This document shows, piece by piece, positions 31,901 through 37,329 of a stretch of 64,000 nucleotides of DNA (its first letter is position 1; each line of letters opens with the position of its first letter). A program made the position numbers and the translations under genes. The notes below the pieces were generated by a model, which searched no databases, was not told the DNA's origin, and worked only from the letters and a program-made list of their open reading frames with translations. The stretch comes from Thermodesulfovibrio sp. (lineage in GTDB: Bacteria; Nitrospirota; Thermodesulfovibrionia; UBA6902), in assembly GCA_026982355.1 (NCBI GenBank), contig JALSHG010000046.1:5314-69313 (forward strand). Reading direction: 5' to 3'.

Positions 31901-32170
31901 CTCGATGCGGTCCGGGGGGTTGAGAGAAGAATCCCGACGTACGTGACCATCAAGGATGTGAAATATGTCTGGGGAAGCGGCCAGGAGGATGTATATCCGG
32001 TGGCGCAGTTTGAAAAGCTCTGGGGCGACATGAGCGGGCTGAAGGACCTGAAGGCCGCTTACGTCGCGGTTTCAAGGCACAGGGGGATGCAGTTGAAAGA
32101 GCCTTCGCTGCTTGATATGTGGGCAAATGACGGCTCATTTGAATATGTGAAGAACAGGGCGAGTTTTTAA
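28943..32170 (+). CDS. fusion protein: N-terminal unknown domain + GHMP-family sugar kinase-like domain + C-terminal UDPGP-family (UGPase/UAP-like) sugar-1-phosphate nucleotidyltransferase domain
   Basis: GHMP motif IPKGSRLAVSTTLLAAIITQ (P-x-GS-x-L-x-S-[ST] ATP loop) and GHMP C-terminal glycine motif GFLMLGGMSGGGMAFIV. Downstream, AGGMGSRW (cf. UDPGP LAGGxGTRLG) and CHNIDTLGA (cf. UDPGP N(I/S)DNLGA) motifs. 1075 aa single ORF. Confidence 0.55.
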   Translation: MSNVLVETIVSEDEAVRHRSIDSLLHDKDRGQILKLAGELEAFRTSSDNLYHKVRASLFLFAIYRFHLMRDRKTPGQGKIPSDGVKAAFARDFEKSIAVYLREINDKGVRNRTVFSAVADAYYKLSFKYLIDQVKLSISRRRENHHLYNIDSPDEYPFSVPAVMTAPDPVTGLYPVGMDASPVRLDPSHSGWSDIFFLGMDFPEGARVVNLSVDLRIHGGNEPLRPPCECWCRFIREPVIHLVSTDLRASKKIHTLRELFNFGNDHLSLLKAGVVASGIIPPCFENRDIRLQDILKRLTGETGGIQIVTRVNGIPKGSRLAVSTTLLAAIITQLMRFSGQIRNLTGPLQEEDRRIVASRAILGEWLGGSGGGWQDSGGLWPGIKLITGVAAAEGDPEFGVSRGCLLPRHHVFTEEDIPPGVEKKIVDSMVLVHGGISQDVGPILEMVTEKYLLKYERQWQARLKGISLFDEIVDALKAGDMRELGRLTTEDWEEAIQPVVPWVNNAFTEDLINRLGHEFRGDYLGFLMLGGMSGGGMAFIVNPGVRDVFKKRAGEIMNDLKAVYSSSYPFIIDPVVYDFAINHEGITAGLFTGGLAKMPVMPPAPAGVINLNTREGPGEEEIREKYGFDPASHEHMKAMLKRGEIGLAKNRLPRTAVIEDVRYGDILHFEDDEDALSSGAPSAFRRFHEAGMEALRKREAAVVTFAGGMGSRWSRGAAVVKPVNPFVKMDGRYRTFIEIHLAKSKRTGMLSGHEIQHVFTTSYLTHHAIARYLRSFSYFGCAGRIHLSPSKTIGRRVYPMERDLRFHWEGQLRQKLDDNAQKVLDDTHAALIEWAKQRGEGEDYSENSPILRFNPPGHWYEIPNMLKNGVLARMIRDNPGLKYLLCHNIDTLGAYIEPVLLGMHIAGEQCITFEVTPRRIEDTGGGLARVDGHIRLVEGTALPREEDEFELSYYNTLTNWITVDSLLEFFGIDRDTLLDGNRRDEILDAVRGVERRIPTYVTIKDVKYVWGSGQEDVYPVAQFEKLWGDMSGLKDLKAAYVAVSRHRGMQLKEPSLLDMWANDGSFEYVKNRASF

Positions 32171-32417
32171 TTTTATGCCACTGTAAGGTAAACCTTAATG
32201 TTGCATAAGCAGGCAGGAGAGTCCGCCGTAAAACCTTTATAAAGCGATGGGATATTGGAAAGATGTCCCTGTTGCAGGACGTAACGGAGAGTGAAATTCC
32301 AAAAGACGTTGATATGCCCTGCGGGATATGTCCTGGATGTATCGCAGATAAAGCTTTTCCTCCGGACTCTCCTGCCCGCAGGCGGTGTTTTTATGCAACT
32401 GTAAGGTAAACTTAACG
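32171..32417 (+). repeat. MITE-like element, long form (copy f, about 220 bp) preceded by a 24-bp right-end fragment of a second copy
   Basis: ttTTATGCCACTGTAAGGTAAAcc (orphan right end) then TTAATGTTGCATAAGCAGGCAGGAGAGTCCGCCGTAAAACCTTTATAAAGCGATGGGATATTGG...ATCGCAGATAAAGCTTTTCCTCCGGACTCTCCTGCCCGCAGGCGGTGTTTTTATGCAACTGTAAGGTAAACTTAACG; same ends as the short form plus an internal module of about 140 bp. Confidence 0.85.
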
Positions 32418-32454
32418 ATGCCGCTTTAAGATTGATACAATTTCAGGGGTGCTC

Positions 32455-33486
32455 ATGAATAATAAGAAAAAAGCCGCACTTATAAAAGGAGACGACAGGA
32501 AGGAGAACATCAAAAAATGCCTCTCCCTGATCCGTGAAGACCTCGGGCCGGTGAAAAACGCCGGAAACATCCTCATCAAACCCAATCTCGTGGCGCTTAA
32601 ACCCTGGTTTGCCAACACCCACGTGGAGGCTGTAGAGGCCGTTATTGAATTTATAAGGGACATGGCTCCGGACACGCCCATAGTGGTGGGTGAAAGCTCC
32701 GCGTCCGCTTTTTACAGGGGACTTCCGACGACAAAGGTGTTTGAGGATTACGGCTATTACGGGCTTGAGAAAAAATACGCCAATGTTTCACTCACCCACT
32801 TTGACGATGACAGGGAATACATAAACATACCCATCCTCTCGGTGGTCGGCGATACGCACATGAGGCTGTCCGGGCGCATAACGGAATTCGATTACAAAAT
32901 ATCTCTCGCCATCCCCAAGACGCACAATTTCGCTGTCGCCACGTTCGGGATAAAAAACATGGCCGGCCTTGTGCTGAGGCAGGACATGGCGATGATCCAC
33001 GGCATGAAAGGCGGCATCGAGGTCGACGCCCCCAAGACCTTCATCGACAGGCTGCCCGCCGGGACAGTGTCGATGGCAAGGAGGGCGCTTCCGAACCGGC
33101 TCATCAATTTCCTGTTCAGGCAGTATCCGGCGTACCGCAAGAGTGTGAAAATGATCCACAGGAATATCGTGGGGTTTGCAAAGAAGGCATGGCCCGACCT
33201 CGTTATACTCGACGGCTTTGTCTGCATGGAGGGTGACGGCCCTGTGGACGGTACCGCCGTTGAAATGAAAACAGCCATAGCCTCCGCGGACCCTGTCAAG
33301 GCTGACGGGATCGGCGCGCGCCTGATCGGATTCGAGCCCGAAGACATAGGTTACCTGTACTACCTGCAGAACGAGGAACACATGGGGGAGTATTCCCTGG
33401 ACAACCTGGCGGGGGATGACCTTGACAGTATAAAAAGAAGATTCAGACGCCACGGCACATATGACATACAGAGTCAGTGGAAGTAA
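32455..33486 (+). CDS. DUF362 domain-containing protein
   Basis: 344 aa; ILIKPNLV and DUF362-like core; AGGGGTG RBS before the ATG at 32455 (a GTG at 32449 is also in frame). Confidence 0.6.
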   Translation: MNNKKKAALIKGDDRKENIKKCLSLIREDLGPVKNAGNILIKPNLVALKPWFANTHVEAVEAVIEFIRDMAPDTPIVVGESSASAFYRGLPTTKVFEDYGYYGLEKKYANVSLTHFDDDREYINIPILSVVGDTHMRLSGRITEFDYKISLAIPKTHNFAVATFGIKNMAGLVLRQDMAMIHGMKGGIEVDAPKTFIDRLPAGTVSMARRALPNRLINFLFRQYPAYRKSVKMIHRNIVGFAKKAWPDLVILDGFVCMEGDGPVDGTAVEMKTAIASADPVKADGIGARLIGFEPEDIGYLYYLQNEEHMGEYSLDNLAGDDLDSIKRRFRRHGTYDIQSQWK

Positions 33487-33489
33487 AAC

Positions 33490-33525
33490 CCCATGTGGCA
33501 TAAACGGGCACAGGAGTCCGCCGGC
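33490..33525 (+). repeat. MITE-like element, left-arm remnant (copy g)
   Basis: atGTgGCATAAACgGGCAcAGGAGTCCGCCGG with no matching right arm; in the 87-bp gap before the methyltransferase gene. Confidence 0.55.
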
Positions 33526-33573
33526 TGGATGCCGCGCCACCGCAGGGAAAAACCTGCGGGGTGCTTTAGTGAA

Positions 33574-34236
33574 ATGAAACGCATACCCGAGCATGATTTA
33601 ATGAACGACAGGGCGCAGGCCGAGGCATATGCAGCGGCTGATTTCTCGGAGCCCCACGATGCGTTCGTCTCGCATTTCATGTCGAGGTTCCCGGACTTCT
33701 CAGGCGGCGAGGTGCTGGACCTCGGATGCGGGACAGCCGATGTCATCATACGTTTTGCAAACGCCTTTCCCGGCGCGCGCATAACAGGCGTTGACGGAGC
33801 GCAGGCCATGCTTGACATAGGAATGCGCGATGTGGAAAAAAGAGGTCTCTCACATCAGATCAGACTCAATCTGTGCCGTCTGCCCGACGATGAATTATCA
33901 TCAAAAAAATACGACGCCGTGATATCCAACAGCCTCCTGCATCACCTCTGTGACCCGTTGATACTGTGGGGGGCGGTCGCGGCATGCGCGCGGCACCGCG
34001 CGCCGGTCTTTATAATGGACCTGATGCGTCCGGACAGCCGCCGGAATGCGGAGGAAATGGTCCGGCTCTATGCAGCGGACGCCCCGTCCGTCCTGCAAAA
34101 AGACTTTTACAATTCACTGCTGGCCGCATATACTATAGAGGAGATCCGGCGGCAGTTAAGCCGCGCCGGACTCGATTATCTGACCGTTGAAGCGGTAAGC
34201 GACCGGCATGTGCTGGTATGGGGCGACAAGTCATGA
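33574..34236 (+). CDS. class I SAM-dependent methyltransferase
   Basis: Start at MKRIPEHDLMND (33574), because the upstream part of the six-frame ORF overlaps the repeat. Motif I VLDLGCGTADVII, motif post-I ITGVDGAQAML. Confidence 0.7.
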   Translation: MKRIPEHDLMNDRAQAEAYAAADFSEPHDAFVSHFMSRFPDFSGGEVLDLGCGTADVIIRFANAFPGARITGVDGAQAMLDIGMRDVEKRGLSHQIRLNLCRLPDDELSSKKYDAVISNSLLHHLCDPLILWGAVAACARHRAPVFIMDLMRPDSRRNAEEMVRLYAADAPSVLQKDFYNSLLAAYTIEEIRRQLSRAGLDYLTVEAVSDRHVLVWGDKS

Positions 34237-35045
34237 AAGACGCTGAAAGCAGATTCCTGGGTACCGCATTCAGGGCTGCAATGCTTGCAGGGGATATCAT
34301 CCTTGAAAATCTCGGCAAAATATCAAAGGAGGATATCGACACGAAACAGGCATCCGATTTTGTCACACATGTCGACAGGGAATCGGAGCGTACCATCCTG
34401 TCGGTCATTAAGAAGGAATTTCCCGGGCACCATTTCCTGGCCGAAGAGTCCGTTAAAGATGCGACCGCGGGGGAATACAGGTGGATAATAGACCCGCTTG
34501 ACGGTACCACGAATTTTATTCACGGTTATCCCGCCTTTGCCGTCTCAATAGCCCTTGAATTCAGGGGAGAGATAATCACGGGGCTTGTCTTCGACCCCTT
34601 GCGAAAAGAGGTCTTTACAGCGGAAAAAGGCGCCGGCGCATTTCTGAACGGCCGGCCGGTCAGTGTGTCCGCAATCAGCGAACTGAAACACGGCCTGATT
34701 GCAACAGGCTTCCCTTTCCGCAAAAAAGAGAGGATAGACGAATATCTCAGGCTCTTCAGGAATATCTTTCACAGGGTCAGCGACATCAGGAGGGCCGGGT
34801 CGGCGGCCCTTGACCTCGCCCACCTCGCCTGCGGGAGATGCGACGGTTTCTTTGAAATAGGGCTGAGCCCCTGGGACGTGGCGGCCGGAAGCATCCTGAT
34901 AAAAGAGGCTGGCGGCATTATCACTGATTTCGGAGGGGGCGGGGACTATCTCCTGACAGGCAACATAGTCGGCGGTACCCCGGAGGTTCACGGGAAGATA
35001 CTGGAAGAAGTGCAGGATGTTTTCAGGGGAGTGATTGATAAATGA
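34233..35045 (+). CDS. inositol monophosphatase family protein (SuhB/IMPase-like)
   Basis: ATGA overlap with the methyltransferase stop; metal-binding motifs HFLAEES, WIIDPLDGTTNFIHG, GSAALDLA, WDVAAG. Confidence 0.85.
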   Translation: MKDAESRFLGTAFRAAMLAGDIILENLGKISKEDIDTKQASDFVTHVDRESERTILSVIKKEFPGHHFLAEESVKDATAGEYRWIIDPLDGTTNFIHGYPAFAVSIALEFRGEIITGLVFDPLRKEVFTAEKGAGAFLNGRPVSVSAISELKHGLIATGFPFRKKERIDEYLRLFRNIFHRVSDIRRAGSAALDLAHLACGRCDGFFEIGLSPWDVAAGSILIKEAGGIITDFGGGGDYLLTGNIVGGTPEVHGKILEEVQDVFRGVIDK

Positions 35046-35046
35046 A

Positions 35047-35110
35047 ACTTAATGTTGCATAAACGTGCAGGAGCTGCATTGCGGAGCGCCGCGCGGATTG
35101 CGCCTGAAAT
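35047..35110 (+). repeat. MITE-like element, left arm plus palindrome (copy h)
   Basis: ACTTAATGTTGCATAAACgtGCAGGAGctgcattgcggagcgccgcgcggattgcgc; left arm conserved, GC-rich palindrome follows. Confidence 0.55.
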
Positions 35111-35178
35111 CTGAGTTGAAAAAAAACAAATAAACAGTTAACCTAATCAGATAAATTTTCAAACGAAGGGGGTAACTC

Positions 35179-35475
35179 ATGAGGAAGGGTGATTTAATCG
35201 AACAGGTAGCAAAATCAGCGGCGTTAACAAAGGCAAAGGCGACGATGGCCGTAAATGCAGTATTCGACAGCATCTCGGCATCCCTTAAAAAAGGGAAGAG
35301 CGTCAGCCTTATCGGTTTCGGCACGTTCAGTGTGACGAAGAGAAAAGCAAGAAACGCCAGGAATCCCCGCACCGGAGAGACCATAAAGATAAAAGCCACC
35401 AAGGCGCCCCGGTTCAAAGCAGGTAAAAGCCTCAAGGAAGCCGTATCCGGCAGGAAGAAGCAGTCAATTTCTTGA
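35179..35475 (+). CDS. HU family nucleoid-associated DNA-binding protein
   Basis: 98 aa MRKGDLIEQVAKSAALTKAKATMAVNAVFDSI...GFGTFSVTKRKARNARNPRTGETIKI; HU/IHF signature; AAGGGGG RBS. Confidence 0.92.
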   Translation: MRKGDLIEQVAKSAALTKAKATMAVNAVFDSISASLKKGKSVSLIGFGTFSVTKRKARNARNPRTGETIKIKATKAPRFKAGKSLKEAVSGRKKQSIS

Positions 35476-35535
35476 CTTTTCCGGCAAAAAATGTCACCAT
35501 AAAACAAAAGGGAAAAGTTTTGTCAGCATATAAAA

Positions 35536-35572
35536 GGCCGCAAATACTTTAAACTTTGCGGCCTTTTTTTAA
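35536..35572 (+). terminator. rho-independent terminator downstream of the HU gene
   Basis: AAAAGGCCGCAAAtactttaaacTTTGCGGCCTTTTTTTAA: 10-bp GC stem followed by a T7 tract. Confidence 0.8.
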
Positions 35573-35629
35573 TGAGACCAATTGTTAAAAAAAAACGCTG
35601 CGGAACCTCCCCACGGTTAAAAAGACAAC

Positions 35630-36013
35630 ATGCACAGACAGGATTATTTGAAAAAAATGGAATCAAAGAAGCAGGCCAGGATGGAAGCCGGACTGGTCTG
35701 CGACCGCTACCCGAAGGTATCGGGCATAGTGATTCACATGACGTATTTCCATAAGGCGGAAAATCCCGTGCTCATGGAACGCACGGTCAATATCTTTCCC
35801 TCAAGTCACGCCTTTTTCAACATGGAATGTATGATAAAAGGCTGCGACAACGGCGGCTTTGACCTGACGGATATAATCGCCAGGCAGATCAGGGAGCACA
35901 AGACCATCTCGAGAGGCAGGATGGCCTGCCCGGGCAGGGAAGGCGATATTTCCACAGACCACGCCAGCATCGCCTATCAGATTAATATCAGGTACAATAA
36001 AAGCTCAGCATAA
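35630..36013 (+). CDS. hypothetical protein (Cys-containing, no recognisable family)
   Basis: 127-aa ORF in an otherwise unexplained gap; weak RBS; the start may be at M10 (35657); ECMIKGC...MACPG cysteines. Confidence 0.35.
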   Translation: MHRQDYLKKMESKKQARMEAGLVCDRYPKVSGIVIHMTYFHKAENPVLMERTVNIFPSSHAFFNMECMIKGCDNGGFDLTDIIARQIREHKTISRGRMACPGREGDISTDHASIAYQINIRYNKSSA

Positions 36014-36032
36014 TCATTATCCGACCGGGTGC

Positions 36033-36075
36033 TAATGTTGCAGAGGCAGCGAATGTCCCTGCCTTAACAGTAATG
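36033..36075 (+). repeat. mini palindromic element related to the MITE left arm (copy i)
   Basis: cTAATGTTGCAgAggCAGcgaatgtccCTGccTTAACAG; TTAATGTTGCA arm and a GGCAG...CTGCC stem; sits between the hypothetical ORF and the convergent MCP stop. Confidence 0.45.
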
Positions 36076-36090
36076 CGCCCTTTTTACGAA

Positions 36091-37329
36091 TCAGAAAAAC
36101 GTTACATTTCCCTCTTCTTCTGCAGGGCCCGTCCCATGGGGACCGCAACCACCGGTCGCTGATATGTCAAGTGCCTCCCGAGCCATTTTCCTTTCATGTT
36201 CCATAGTATAAAGAGCTTTAAGCTCCCTGAATATCTCATCTTTTATTCCGATCTGGTTCAAATTATACTCTATCTTTTCCGAGCCGAGCAAGGCATCAAT
36301 ATCTTCTCTGATTCTGCTTATCGCCTCAATTATATGCGATGTCATCTGTTTTGTTATATCTTCAAACTGCATATTAAACGTTATCTCCTTGATTTCTTCT
36401 TTGATTTTGTCCACTGACTGCATTGACGAACCGGTGATATCATTGAATTTTAATGTTGACTCTTTTATGGCATCAAAAACCGTTGCTACTATATTCTGGA
36501 CATCCCTTATCTTCATCTCCTCACTGCTTGCTGTATTCCTGATTTGATCGCCGATCCGGACAACATATTCATTAAGACCCTTGATCTCTTTTTTTATTAC
36601 AGAGGCCTGTTCTGCGGATTTTGCGGCAAGTTTTCTGACCTCGTCAGCAACTATTGCGAATCCTGCACCATATTCACCGGCTCTCGCTGCCTCAATGGAT
36701 GCATTAAGCGCAAGCAGGTTTGTCTGATCTGCGATCTCCGCAACATTATCAGAAAACGGAAGTATGTTGTCCAATACATTATCCATATTTTCAGCATATT
36801 CAGCAGCACTCTTGTATCTTTCAACGCTAACCAACAGTCTCTGCACGGTATCAGTTCCCAATGCCGTGACTTTTTCGAGAACTTTAGGCATATCCGGACA
36901 AATATTCTCCTGTTTCAGGCAGGACTGCAGATCTCTCTTGCAGTTCTCCAGGGCAGATCCTTCAATCGATTGAAGAGAAATGCACATCTTGAATATGGAC
37001 GCCCTGTTAAGGTTCTTAATTTCCTCGATTTGATGTACCAGGTCTGAAAAGCTCCTGACCACCTGTACCGACGACCCTTCTATCCTGTTGCTGGCGCTTA
37101 CAAGCTGACTTTCAACAACAGAAAGAATTTCTTTCGACGTCAAGGCATTTTTCTGAAATGATACGATCAGCTCTGCAATCCCTTTGATATGTTGTCTCTG
37201 TGCCTCACGGTATTCCATGAATTCGTCATTCAGACGCAACTTGTCGTTTCTGCACTTTCTCCATGCAACAACAGCGATTGTAAGCACAGCAATCAGGAAA
37301 ATGTTTATTATCCACAAATAAATATTCAC
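36091..37329 (-). CDS. methyl-accepting chemotaxis protein (membrane-anchored)
   Basis: N-terminal TM helix; signalling-domain signature [37 protein letters not shown]; last gene of the che operon (ATGA overlap with cheA). Confidence 0.9.
   Translation of the reverse strand: MNIYLWIINIFLIAVLTIAVVAWRKCRNDKLRLNDEFMEYREAQRQHIKGIAELIVSFQKNALTSKEILSVVESQLVSASNRIEGSSVQVVRSFSDLVHQIEEIKNLNRASIFKMCISLQSIEGSALENCKRDLQSCLKQENICPDMPKVLEKVTALGTDTVQRLLVSVERYKSAAEYAENMDNVLDNILPFSDNVAEIADQTNLLALNASIEAARAGEYGAGFAIVADEVRKLAAKSAEQASVIKKEIKGLNEYVVRIGDQIRNTASSEEMKIRDVQNIVATVFDAIKESTLKFNDITGSSMQSVDKIKEEIKEITFNMQFEDITKQMTSHIIEAISRIREDIDALLGSEKIEYNLNQIGIKDEIFRELKALYTMEHERKMAREALDISATGGCGPHGTGPAEEEGNVTFF

Noticed and set aside
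32263-32409. Treating the 48-codon ORF inside the long MITE as a confident protein-coding gene
   Set aside because: Only partially conserved in the second full copy and deleted in the third. It runs into the terminal inverted repeat, and substitutions are not clearly biased to synonymous sites. Reported as a hypothesis in findings, not as a CDS feature.
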